A DNA stretch of 64,000 nt, from assembly GCA_038057125.1 (NCBI GenBank), contig JBBUDU010000001.1, forward strand, positions 997-64,996. Direction: 5' to 3'. Shown piece by piece: positions 36,794 to 45,783 of this stretch (positions are counted from its first letter, which is position 1; each line of letters starts with the position of its first letter). The position numbers and the translations under genes are program-made. The notes beneath the pieces are model-generated. The model did no database searches. It saw only the letters and a program-made list of their open reading frames with translations, and was not told the DNA's origin. The DNA comes from Patescibacteria group bacterium. Its GTDB lineage: Bacteria > Patescibacteriota > Minisyncoccia > Phycocordibacterales > UBA1550.

Positions 36794-37864
36794 ATGAAAG
36801 GTCAGGAAAAAGATACGGTTATTTCTATTACCGCCGGTACCGTTGTAAAATCTATCGCCATTCTTTTGGGCGCGTGGGTACTATGGATTTTGCGTGATCT
36901 TGTGATGGTTATCGTCACGTCGGTTATTCTTGCTTCATCTATTGAGCCGGGAATCAAGTTTCTTTCACGTTTTCGCATCCATCGTATCCCAGCCGTGCTT
37001 GCTATGTATGTTGGTATTGCGGGGTTATTTTTCAGTCTAATTGTAGGATTTGTTCCACCAATCATAAACGAGGCATCGGATATTGCTCAAAAACTCCCCA
37101 GCATAATAAAGTCTGTTGATAAAAACGTTTTAGGTGATAAAAATATTTTGTCTAATGCTTTTTGGGGTGACAACAAAGCGACCGCTTCCTCTGTAAATCC
37201 AGCACTCGAAGATTTGTTCGGCAAAATTTCCGGTGGGGGTACTACACAACAAGGGGTGCTTGGCGCCGCTGGCGCAATATTTGGAGGTATATTTAGTTTT
37301 GTGCTTATTGTTGTTCTTTCATTTTATTTTGCGATGCAAGAGCGCGGTATTGAAAATTTTTTGCGTATTATTATTCCGTTTGGAAACGAGGAGTACGCAA
37401 TAAATCTGTGGGAACGTTCAAAGGCGAAGATTGGAAAATGGATGCAAGGGCAATTACTCCTCGGCGTCCTTATCTTTGTGCTTGTGTATCTCGGGCTAAC
37501 TATTTTTGGTGTGCCGTATGCGATGTCCCTCGCTCTTCTTGCCGGTATTTTGGAAATTATTCCAGTGTTTGGGCCAATTCTTGCCGCAATCCCGGGTGTT
37601 ATACTGGCTGCTACTGTTGGCGGGCCTACACTCGCAGCTGTTGTCGCTGGATTTTATCTCCTTGTTCAGCAGTTTGAAAGTCATCTTATTTATCCTTTGG
37701 TTGTACGAAAAGTCGTTGGTGTCCCCCCAATCCTTGTTATCCTTGCACTTATCATAGGCGCGCAACTTGGTGGATTTTTGGGAATCCTTATCTCTGTACC
37801 CGTTGCCGCCGCCATTATGGAGCTTGTGGAAGACATAGAGCGCAAAAAAGGGATGCTTGTTTAA
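36794..37864 (+). CDS. AI-2E family transporter (PerM/UPF0118)
   Basis: Seven to eight TM helices with the usual family layout. TGTTATAAT ends 6 nt before ATG 36794, so the mRNA is probably leaderless. Confidence 0.7.
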   Translation: MKGQEKDTVISITAGTVVKSIAILLGAWVLWILRDLVMVIVTSVILASSIEPGIKFLSRFRIHRIPAVLAMYVGIAGLFFSLIVGFVPPIINEASDIAQKLPSIIKSVDKNVLGDKNILSNAFWGDNKATASSVNPALEDLFGKISGGGTTQQGVLGAAGAIFGGIFSFVLIVVLSFYFAMQERGIENFLRIIIPFGNEEYAINLWERSKAKIGKWMQGQLLLGVLIFVLVYLGLTIFGVPYAMSLALLAGILEIIPVFGPILAAIPGVILAATVGGPTLAAVVAGFYLLVQQFESHLIYPLVVRKVVGVPPILVILALIIGAQLGGFLGILISVPVAAAIMELVEDIERKKGMLV

Positions 37865-37951
37865 CTCTGTTTTGCTTACGAGTCCCGTCGAGAGGTTTCT
37901 CCGTAGGTCTATCAAAATAAAAGCAAACAAATAATCGTCTAAATAATAACT

Positions 37952-39550
37952 ATGGCTGATTTTAACAACAAAACTTCTAACGGGATGAGTGAAAAAAAAT
38001 TTTATATTACCACGTCTCTTCCATATATGAATGCACGGCTTCATATTGGGCATGCGTATGAGTTTGTGCTCACGGATATTTTGGCTCGGTATCATCGTGG
38101 AATAGGGGACAAAACATTCTTGCTTACCGGTTCGGATGAACATGGTGACAAAATCGTCCGCGCGGCACAAAAAGATGGAACGGGAACTCAAGCATTCGTA
38201 AACAAAAATGTCAGTAGCTTCAAAGAACTTTTAAAGAAACTCGCAATTTCGAACGATATGTTCATTCGTACGTCTGACCAAGAACATCATTGGCCGGGAG
38301 CGCAAAAATTGTGGCGATCACTCGAGGAAGCTGGCGATATTTACAAAGGCACATACAAAGGTCTGTATTGCGTCGGATGTGAAGCCTTTGTTACGGAAAA
38401 AGAGCTTGTCAACGGAAAATGCGTTCACCACGACACCGCGCCCGAACACATCGAAGAAGAAAATTATTTTTTTAGACTTTCAAAATACGGTTTGGAGATA
38501 AAACGACTCATTGAAGAGGGCATTTTAAAAATTTCTCCACACTCAAAAGTGAATGAAATGGTTGCGCTCATCGTAGGGTCTTCTGGAGAAAGCGTTTTGG
38601 GTGATGTGAGTATTTCACGACCAGAGCGAGCAATCCCATGGGGAATTCCAGTGCCAGGTGACCCTACACAAGTTATGTACGTATGGTGCGATGCTCTTTC
38701 AAATTATATTTCCGCTCTTGGCTACGGGTCAGGAAATGAAGAAAAGTTTAAAACTTTTTGGCCGGCAGATATTCAGGTTATTGGGAAAGATATTGTCCGA
38801 TTTCACGCGCTCCTGTGGCCTGCATTTCTTCTCTCAGCAAAACTTCCGCTTCCGCGCGAGATTTTTGTTCACGGGTTTATTACTTCAGGAGGCAAAAAAA
38901 TGTCGAAATCAATTGGTAATGTATTGGAGTCAGACGATTTTATAAACGAGTATGGCGTTGACGCGTTACGTTATTATTTTGCGCGCGAGTTATCTCCAAC
39001 GGAAGATGGAGATTTGACTCGTGAAAAATTTAAAGAAGCTTACAATGCAAACCTAGCAAATGGGTTGGGCAATTTGGTTTCGCGCACACTCAAAATGTCT
39101 GAGCAATATTTCGAAGGCCATGTTACTGGCGACACATCTAGTGTTCCCGCTATTCGAACAAAAATTTCCGCCGTAGAAACATCTGGGGATATTGCTGGGT
39201 TGAACATTCCGTACATTATTACGAACGATATCCTTCCACGCTATCATGCTCACATGAGCGCGAATGAGATAAACAAAGCTGCGGATGTAATTTGGGAGCT
39301 TATTTCACATCTTGACCAATTTGTCACCGACTACGAGCCATTTAAACTCGTAAAGACAGACAAAAAAGCCGCCAAGAACATTATTTGGGGGCTTTTGTAC
39401 GGTCTTCGCGAAGTTGCCCAAATGCTTACACCGATGATGCCAGACACCTCCGAAACTATCCTCAAGTTAGTAGAGGCTTCTCAGGATGGAGACGAGTTGG
39501 TTTTTTCTACGAAAGTTCTTGAGGCTCCTCTATTTAAACGAAAAGAATAA
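37952..39550 (+). CDS. metG: Methionyl-tRNA synthetase
   Basis: LHIGHAYE (HIGH) and KMSKS. Cys knuckles CVGCEAF and GKCVHH. Confidence 0.9.
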   Translation: MADFNNKTSNGMSEKKFYITTSLPYMNARLHIGHAYEFVLTDILARYHRGIGDKTFLLTGSDEHGDKIVRAAQKDGTGTQAFVNKNVSSFKELLKKLAISNDMFIRTSDQEHHWPGAQKLWRSLEEAGDIYKGTYKGLYCVGCEAFVTEKELVNGKCVHHDTAPEHIEEENYFFRLSKYGLEIKRLIEEGILKISPHSKVNEMVALIVGSSGESVLGDVSISRPERAIPWGIPVPGDPTQVMYVWCDALSNYISALGYGSGNEEKFKTFWPADIQVIGKDIVRFHALLWPAFLLSAKLPLPREIFVHGFITSGGKKMSKSIGNVLESDDFINEYGVDALRYYFARELSPTEDGDLTREKFKEAYNANLANGLGNLVSRTLKMSEQYFEGHVTGDTSSVPAIRTKISAVETSGDIAGLNIPYIITNDILPRYHAHMSANEINKAADVIWELISHLDQFVTDYEPFKLVKTDKKAAKNIIWGLLYGLREVAQMLTPMMPDTSETILKLVEASQDGDELVFSTKVLEAPLFKRKE

Positions 39551-39603
39551 AATCACCTTTTATTAAAATGTCAATCGTTCCCCCTCGTTCCCCCTCGTTC
39601 CCC

Positions 39604-40413
39604 ATGTTCTTCGACATCCATGCGCATGTGAATGACACGCGTTTTGATGAAGACAGAAACGACGTGCTTGCGCGAATGCGCGAGAGAGGAGTTTTTGCGA
39701 TCATGGTTGGTACTGACTATAAAAGCTCGCAGGAAGCGACAACGATGTCGTCATTTATGGAGAACGGAGTGTATGCATCTATCGGTGTGCATCCTATTGA
39801 TGATCGTGATGAAAAATTCCGCGAACCATTTTTCGCAGATCTTGCCACTTCTCCTCGTGTTGTTGCTGTGGGTGAGTGCGGGTTTGATTACTCGCGCCTT
39901 AGCGATGTTTCAGACATCGCCGTGGAAAAAGCACGCCAGCGCGAGCTTTTTGAAGCGCAGATTGATTTTGCGCTCGAGCAAAATTTACCGCTCATGATTC
40001 ATTGTCGCGACAGCGACAAAGCTGTCGCTGATGCTCACAGAGATGTCCTCGCCATTTTGACCGCAAAGAAAAAAGTTGTAGGAGAAAGATTGAGAGGGAA
40101 TATACATTTTTTTTCACAGACTATTGATATAGCGCGCGAGTATTTTGCGCTCGATTTCACCATTTCATTTACGGGAGTGATTACTTTTTCACACGAGTAC
40201 GATGAGGTCGTGCGACTTGCTCCGCTCGACAAAATAATGTCCGAAACCGACTGCCCATATGTCTCTCCAGTGCCATACCGAGGCAAGCGAAATGAACCCA
40301 TTTATGTGGAAGAAGTGGTAAAAAAAATAGCTGAAATTCGAGGCGAGGATTTTGAGACCGTACGCGCAACCCTCGTCCAAAACGCTATCCGAACCTTCAA
40401 CATTACCCCATAG
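39604..40413 (+). CDS. TatD-family metal-dependent hydrolase
   Basis: FFDIHAHVN, VGECGFDY and MIHCRD. Start at ATG 39604; the upstream extension is a 10-bp tandem repeat. Confidence 0.8.
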   Translation: MFFDIHAHVNDTRFDEDRNDVLARMRERGVFAIMVGTDYKSSQEATTMSSFMENGVYASIGVHPIDDRDEKFREPFFADLATSPRVVAVGECGFDYSRLSDVSDIAVEKARQRELFEAQIDFALEQNLPLMIHCRDSDKAVADAHRDVLAILTAKKKVVGERLRGNIHFFSQTIDIAREYFALDFTISFTGVITFSHEYDEVVRLAPLDKIMSETDCPYVSPVPYRGKRNEPIYVEEVVKKIAEIRGEDFETVRATLVQNAIRTFNITP

Positions 40414-40489
40414 GTCGGACCTATATATTTTTTGACTTACTGCTCTTGTTCTGGTAGGATACACGAGTTACTAGGTTAATTAAAAAAAT

Positions 40490-40966
40490 ATGAATCATAA
40501 TGAACACACGGAGCCTCGCATTTACGAGCTAGGCTACCATCTCGTTCCAACGCTTGCAGACGGGCAAATCCCGAAAGCATCGGGAGCCGTGCGTGGTATG
40601 ATTGAACGGATTTCCAAAGGTATTATTGCCGAGGAATTACCCGTATTCATCGACCTCGCCTATCAGATTGTGAAAACAATCGACCACAAGAATAATCGCT
40701 TTAACGATGCCTATTTCGGGTGGATTAAGTTTGAAGGATCTCCGGCAGGAATCGCGGATCTCGAAGAAGGTCTCAAGAAAGACGAAAACGTACTCCGTTA
40801 TCTCATTGTAAAGACTGTTCGCGAGAATACATTTATTGCAAAAAAGTTTGCTTCCGCGAAAGTGAAAGCGTCAGAAGAAGAGACAGTAGTCGTCACAGAA
40901 GAAATGCCAGTTGTGACGCCGGCAAAAGATGCGCTGGACAAAGCTATTGAAGAATTGGTAAAATAA
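40490..40966 (+). CDS. rpsF: 30S ribosomal protein S6 (extended C-terminus)
   Basis: RIYELGYHLVP ... LRYLIVKT. Sits in the conserved rpsF-ssb-rpsR order. Confidence 0.75.
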   Translation: MNHNEHTEPRIYELGYHLVPTLADGQIPKASGAVRGMIERISKGIIAEELPVFIDLAYQIVKTIDHKNNRFNDAYFGWIKFEGSPAGIADLEEGLKKDENVLRYLIVKTVRENTFIAKKFASAKVKASEEETVVVTEEMPVVTPAKDALDKAIEELVK

Positions 40967-40970
40967 AATT

Positions 40971-41423
40971 ATGTATATCAACAAAGCAATGGTGTATGGC
41001 AATTTGACACGCGACCCGGAAATGAAGGCACTTCCGTCTGGACAGCAAGTGACAAACTTCAGCCTTGCAACCAATCGTGTTTGGAAAGATAAAGTAGGCG
41101 CAAAGCAGGAGAGTGTGGACTATCACAATATCGTGATGTTTGCCAAGCTCGCAGAGCTCGCTCACCAGTACTTGAAAAAGGGTTCCTCTGTGTTTATCGA
41201 GGGTCGTATGCAAACTCGAAGTTGGGATGATGCAACAGGCAAGAAGTATCGCACAGAGATAGTGGCCGACACGATGCAGTTTGGTCCGCGTGCTTCTGGG
41301 GCTCCCGCATCTGGTGGTTACACACCATCTTCATCAAAAGCCACAAAGGCAAACACCCCAGAGCCTCTTGAAACCATTGAATATCCGCAAGAGGACATTA
41401 ATCCTGACGACATTCCATTCTAA
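40971..41423 (+). CDS. ssb: Single-stranded DNA-binding protein
   Basis: OB-fold start NKAMVYGNLTRDPEM. Acidic tail ending DDIPF. Confidence 0.9.
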   Translation: MYINKAMVYGNLTRDPEMKALPSGQQVTNFSLATNRVWKDKVGAKQESVDYHNIVMFAKLAELAHQYLKKGSSVFIEGRMQTRSWDDATGKKYRTEIVADTMQFGPRASGAPASGGYTPSSSKATKANTPEPLETIEYPQEDINPDDIPF

Positions 41424-41425
41424 TT

Positions 41426-41635
41426 ATGAAAAAAAATACTCAATGCCATTTTACGGCAAACAATATAACGCTTATTGACTACAAAGATATTGATATCTTG
41501 AAAAAGTTTCTTACTCCGCATGCGCGTATGATTGGAGGCGGCCGTACCGGCGTGTGCGCAAAGCACCAGCGTCAGCTCGCAGCCGCAGTGAAGCGAGCGC
41601 GCTTTATGGGGCTTCTTCCGTTTGTTGCTAGGTAA
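41426..41635 (+). CDS. rpsR: 30S ribosomal protein S18
   Basis: IDYKDIDILKKFLTPHARMIGGGRTGVCAKHQRQLAAAVKRARFMGLLPF. Confidence 0.9.
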   Translation: MKKNTQCHFTANNITLIDYKDIDILKKFLTPHARMIGGGRTGVCAKHQRQLAAAVKRARFMGLLPFVAR

Positions 41636-41640
41636 AAATA

Positions 41641-41696
41641 AAAAGCAGAAAAAAACCCCGCCTGTCAGCTGACAGGCGGGGTTTTTTTCTGCTTTT
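41641..41696. terminator. Bidirectional terminator between rpsR and efp
   Basis: AAAAGCAGAAAAAAACCCCGCCTGTCAGCTGACAGGCGGGGTTTTTTTCTGCTTTTT. Confidence 0.85.
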
Positions 41697-42265
41697 TATT
41701 TTTTATCCACCCGCTCCGCGTATTCTCCTGTTTCAGTGTTCACGCGAATTAGGTCGCCTTCATTGATGAACATTGGCGTGTTTATTGTCGCGCCGGTTTC
41801 AAGTACGACTTGTTTAGAACCACCTTGGACAGTGTTCCCGCGTACGGCAGGCGCCGCTTCTTTGACCACGAGGTCCACTTTTATGGGAAGGCGAATATCT
41901 ATGATGCGCTCCTCAAAGTTCATTGCGTCAACGATTGAGTTGGTCTTGAGGAAACCTTCTTTCCCTCGAAGGATATCTTGCTTTAGCGAAAAGCGATTTG
42001 CAGGCTCCTTTGGGTCGCAAAACCACGACTCACCTCGGCTAGTGTAGAGGTACTTTACCGGCTTCAGCTCAATGTCCGCTTTTTCAACTTTGTCGGATGA
42101 ATGAAAGCTTACTGGAATTACTCGACCAGACAATAAACTCCGCAATTTAGTTTGATTCTGTGGCTTGCGTTGCTGGGTGCGAGCAACATGTGATTCTAGG
42201 ACTTCGTACGGCTCGCCCTGATACACGATACATTTTTTCGCGGTAATTTCATTGTATTCAAGCAT
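41696..42265 (-). CDS. efp: Elongation factor P
   Basis: 189 aa. N-terminal KOW-like YQGEPYEVLESHV and OB domains with the usual EF-P spacing. Confidence 0.8.
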   Translation of the reverse strand: MLEYNEITAKKCIVYQGEPYEVLESHVARTQQRKPQNQTKLRSLLSGRVIPVSFHSSDKVEKADIELKPVKYLYTSRGESWFCDPKEPANRFSLKQDILRGKEGFLKTNSIVDAMNFEERIIDIRLPIKVDLVVKEAAPAVRGNTVQGGSKQVVLETGATINTPMFINEGDLIRVNTETGEYAERVDKK

Positions 42266-42325
42266 AGTCTGCCCATTCTACTCGTTTTTAAGCAAATTGC
42301 AACGGCGATACGAATACGCCCTAAT

Positions 42326-42370
42326 AGTTATCTACACTCCTTGCTTCCTTTATGAATTATAGTGTATAAT
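42326..42370 (+). promoter_or_regulatory. Promoter with an upstream AGTTATCTACAC box
   Basis: Box at 42326-42337. -35 TTGCTT at 42341-42346, 18-nt spacer, TATAAT at 42365-42370. Leader of ~110 nt to ATG 42484. Confidence 0.55.
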
Positions 42371-42483
42371 GAGAGTTAAGAACCTCGAAGATTAAAACAG
42401 AAGGGTTTTGTTAACTGTTGCCCCTGTGGAGAGTGTAGTTTTTACTCAGTTAATATTAAAAGAAAAGCATTATAAATAATAAT

Positions 42484-43200
42484 ATGAAAAACAAAAAAGT
42501 AAGTATCATTTCCATCGCCCTAGGTGTGTTTTTTGCAGCCGTTATAGCTCAAGCTGCTACGACAATTGGTCTTAATATCAGTACCGATGGCAGTATCACT
42601 GCAAGCAGCACAACAAACCAGCTTGTGTTAGGTATTTCTCCTGCTACGGTTACCATTACCTCCACAGCCCCCGCAGCTGCACGTACATACACCTTGCCGG
42701 ACAATGCATCTGCAAGTGTAAACTTTGTATTAGCTCCAGTCTCCTCAACCTCAACAGAAGCATTATTTTCAAGCGCTACGGCAGGAGCACCGGCTTTCCG
42801 CGCAATTGCGCTTACTGATTTGCCTACGCAAACAGGAACTAGTAGTATTGCTATGTCAAATTCTCCAACTTTTGTAACACCAACACTTGGTGTCGCTGCA
42901 GCTACCTCAATTGCGATTGGTGGTGGTACCGCGGTTACAAGGATTTCCGTTTACGCGCCAAGTTTGACACCAGCAGCTACCGCAGCTACCATTCAAACAG
43001 TAGAACAAACATTTACTGTAACTGGCCTTACCACGGCAGATAAGGTCTTTGTAAATGGTCCGGCACCGACTGCTCTCTGCGCAGCTACGACATTTAGAGT
43101 TTCTGCGGCAGACACTTTGGCGGTTGGTTTTACGGTATTGACCGCAGTAGCATGTACCCCCGCAGCTGGAGTGTATAATATCGTAGCGATCCGAAACTAA
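42484..43200 (+). CDS. Secreted Thr/Ala-rich protein, unknown function
   Basis: Signal peptide ending AQAATT. Low-complexity beta-type sequence. Two Cys near the C-terminus. Confidence 0.55.
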   Translation: MKNKKVSIISIALGVFFAAVIAQAATTIGLNISTDGSITASSTTNQLVLGISPATVTITSTAPAAARTYTLPDNASASVNFVLAPVSSTSTEALFSSATAGAPAFRAIALTDLPTQTGTSSIAMSNSPTFVTPTLGVAAATSIAIGGGTAVTRISVYAPSLTPAATAATIQTVEQTFTVTGLTTADKVFVNGPAPTALCAATTFRVSAADTLAVGFTVLTAVACTPAAGVYNIVAIRN

Positions 43201-43233
43201 GGCAAGCTTATTAATTATTAGCAATTAAGTATT

Positions 43234-44202
43234 ATGCCTATGTATAAAAAAACAAAGCTCCTTCTTGTAGTGCTTGCGTTGCTTATCTTTCCTACGGTTG
43301 GCATTGCGGCCACAAATGATTTTGTTGCCAACAGCAATATCACGGTATCCGGAGTAACATTTGGCTCAATTACGGCTGATATGCTTATCCTCAGTGGCTC
43401 TACTGCCGAAAGCTGGCTGTTTAATAGCGGTGCTTTTAGCGCCACTAACCCAGGATCGGCGTTTCAGGTTGGGTCATCAGACAGCGCGGTTAAGTCTATT
43501 CAAGTGAGCCAGAGTGGCAGTACCCTTGTCTGTAGTGAAAATACCATTCCGGGAACATCATACGCCACTTTGCCAACAGCATCAGGGACATACACCATAA
43601 GCCCATCCGCGACTACCGCGTGCACGAGTTTGTGTACGGCACTTTCTAACACTGCTTCGTACAATGCCTTCCCGACGTGTGGAGCACTCAGTTGTAGTGC
43701 TGGATATCAAATATCAGGCTCTGGCGCGGGTGCTACCTGCGTTGCTAACCCCGGCGGGGTGGCGATGTTGCCAGCTTGTGGCGCAGGGTATAAATTGTCC
43801 GCTACTCTTAGTTGTGTACCTATTACTGTTTCTAATGTTAATATGATTCCCGGTTGTATGCCCGGTTACAAATTTAGTACAACTACAGGTCAGTCTTGTG
43901 GCACGAGTGGCACTGTCGCACCCTCTGATGGGTCACGCGATGGTATACTGTCTGCTGTTTTTATAAAAAACTTATCCTTCCGTATGTCGTCAGATGATGT
44001 GCGCCGACTTCAAGCACTCCTTGCCTCCGACAAGGAGGTGTACCCAGAAGGACTTGCTACGGGCTACTATGGGGCACTTACTAAAAAGGCGGTTGGGAAA
44101 TTCCAAATTAAGCACGGCGTCGTGTCCTCATCCGAAGCACCAGGGTATGGTATGGTGGGTCCTCTGACACGAGCAAAATTGCTGGTGGTTTTTGGGAAAT
44201 AA
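43234..44202 (+). CDS. Secreted protein with Cys modules and a C-terminal peptidoglycan-binding domain
   Basis: Signal/anchor LLLVVLALLIFPTVGIAA. Three C-x-x-GY-x-(F/L/I)S...C modules. PG_binding_1-like tail DVRRLQALLASD...GYYGALTKKAVGKFQ...GMVGPLTRAKL. Confidence 0.65.
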   Translation: MPMYKKTKLLLVVLALLIFPTVGIAATNDFVANSNITVSGVTFGSITADMLILSGSTAESWLFNSGAFSATNPGSAFQVGSSDSAVKSIQVSQSGSTLVCSENTIPGTSYATLPTASGTYTISPSATTACTSLCTALSNTASYNAFPTCGALSCSAGYQISGSGAGATCVANPGGVAMLPACGAGYKLSATLSCVPITVSNVNMIPGCMPGYKFSTTTGQSCGTSGTVAPSDGSRDGILSAVFIKNLSFRMSSDDVRRLQALLASDKEVYPEGLATGYYGALTKKAVGKFQIKHGVVSSSEAPGYGMVGPLTRAKLLVVFGK

Positions 44203-44230
44203 AGTATTGCTGTCGCTCGGCTCCACAGCA

Positions 44231-44274
44231 AAAAAATCACCCCGCCTATCAACTGATAGACGGGGTGAATTTTA
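44231..44274. terminator. Bidirectional terminator between the 43234 gene and recA
   Basis: TCACCCCGCCTATCA-AC-TGATAGACGGGGTGA (one mismatch), flanked by A and T runs. Confidence 0.75.
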
Positions 44275-44298
44275 ATGTAGGACCGAGATGCTTTGATA

Positions 44299-45324
44299 CT
44301 ATTCCACTTCTTTTAGTTTTGCGCGAATTTCTTTTAGAATTGTCGCGCGAACCGCTTTGTTTTCTTTGTCCGCGAGGAAGATGCACGCCGAATCATATCC
44401 GCGCCCGACTTTGATGTCGCCGTAAGCATACGAAGAGCCGGACTTTTGCAAGATTTCAAATTTTTCTCCAAGACCCAAAATTTCGCCTTCTTGCGAAATG
44501 CCTTTGCCGTGCATAAGATCAAACTCTGCTTGTTTGAATGGTGCCGCAACTTTATTTTTGATAACCTTCACGCGTGTACGGCTACCGACGACATCGTCAC
44601 CTTTTTTGATTTGCGCGATACGGCGTATGTCGAGACGAACCGAAGTATAAAATTTAAGCGCCTTACCGCCCGGCGTTGTTTCAGGATTGCCAAACATTAC
44701 GCCAATTTGCATACGGATTTGGTTGATAAAAATAACAATAGTCTTTGACTTTGCAACTATTGCGGTTAACTTGCGAAGCGCTTGGGACATCAGACGCGCT
44801 TGTTTGCCCACATGGTGCGCGCCCATGTCGCCTTCTATCTCATCTTTTGGGGTAAGTGCCGCAACAGAGTCAATAACGATTACGTCCATTCTTCCCGAAC
44901 GCACAAGACTCTCCACTATTTCAAGAGCTTGTTCTCCGTTATCGGGTTGCGAAATGAGAAGCTCATCCACGTTCACACCAAGCTTCTTTGCGTATTCAGG
45001 GTCCATCGCATGCTCTGCGTCAACGAATGCACAAATACCACCAAGTTTTTGCGCTTCAGCAACCACGTGAAGTGTGAGCGTTGTTTTTCCAGAAGACTCT
45101 GGTCCAAAAATTTCGATGATTCGCCCGCGAGGAAGCCCTCCCACGCCGAGCGCATAGTCGAGACCTATTGAACCAGTCGAGATTGCGTCGATACCCACCT
45201 TTGGCTTGTCTCCAAGCTTCATAATGGCGCCTTCGCCAAACTTTGCCTGAATAGCCTTGATTGTGTCCTCGATATTTGCTCCCATCTCTTTTTTTTCGCT
45301 CACTTTCTTTTTTACTAATACCAT
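44299..45324 (-). CDS. recA: Recombinase RecA
   Basis: [33 protein letters not shown] (Walker A) and the typical L1/L2 regions. Confidence 0.95.
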   Translation of the reverse strand: MVLVKKKVSEKKEMGANIEDTIKAIQAKFGEGAIMKLGDKPKVGIDAISTGSIGLDYALGVGGLPRGRIIEIFGPESSGKTTLTLHVVAEAQKLGGICAFVDAEHAMDPEYAKKLGVNVDELLISQPDNGEQALEIVESLVRSGRMDVIVIDSVAALTPKDEIEGDMGAHHVGKQARLMSQALRKLTAIVAKSKTIVIFINQIRMQIGVMFGNPETTPGGKALKFYTSVRLDIRRIAQIKKGDDVVGSRTRVKVIKNKVAAPFKQAEFDLMHGKGISQEGEILGLGEKFEILQKSGSSYAYGDIKVGRGYDSACIFLADKENKAVRATILKEIRAKLKEVE

Positions 45325-45330
45325 AATATT

Positions 45331-45783
45331 TTAAATTGAATTAATTGGTGTTGTTGCTTGTGTTGTTGTCGCGGTCGTCGTCCCCGTACCCATTCTATAT
45401 TCCATATTCGATATTCCAGATTCTATCAGCACTATTTCTAGCGTTTTTTCCACGGTCCGCGCATAATTATCTTTAGCTGTAACTCTTATTATATTATACC
45501 CCCGAGCGAGTATCAATCGGCTGTGAAAGTTCCCATTGAGGTCAACAGGAGTTGGAGCATCATTGACAGTGAGGTTGTTTGCATGGACAGCTTTACCCAA
45601 AATGGTAATTGCCGGAGTTGTTGTTGAAAACCCGTTTTCTGGGCTTAGAATTACAATTCTTGGTCCGCGGATAAAATCATTTAGCACGAAATAGGAATAG
45701 CCGATGATTATTGCGACCCCGATGCCACCGAGGCCCCACTTTATCAGCTTGCGTATGTCCGTGTTCTCTTGCATGTTGCTCAC
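45331..45783 (-). CDS. Membrane-anchored hypothetical protein with an Ig-like domain
   Basis: 150 aa with TM GLGGIGVAIIIGYSYFVL. Translationally coupled: it overlaps the ftsK stop. Confidence 0.5.
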   Translation of the reverse strand: MSNMQENTDIRKLIKWGLGGIGVAIIIGYSYFVLNDFIRGPRIVILSPENGFSTTTPAITILGKAVHANNLTVNDAPTPVDLNGNFHSRLILARGYNIIRVTAKDNYARTVEKTLEIVLIESGISNMEYRMGTGTTTATTTQATTPINSI

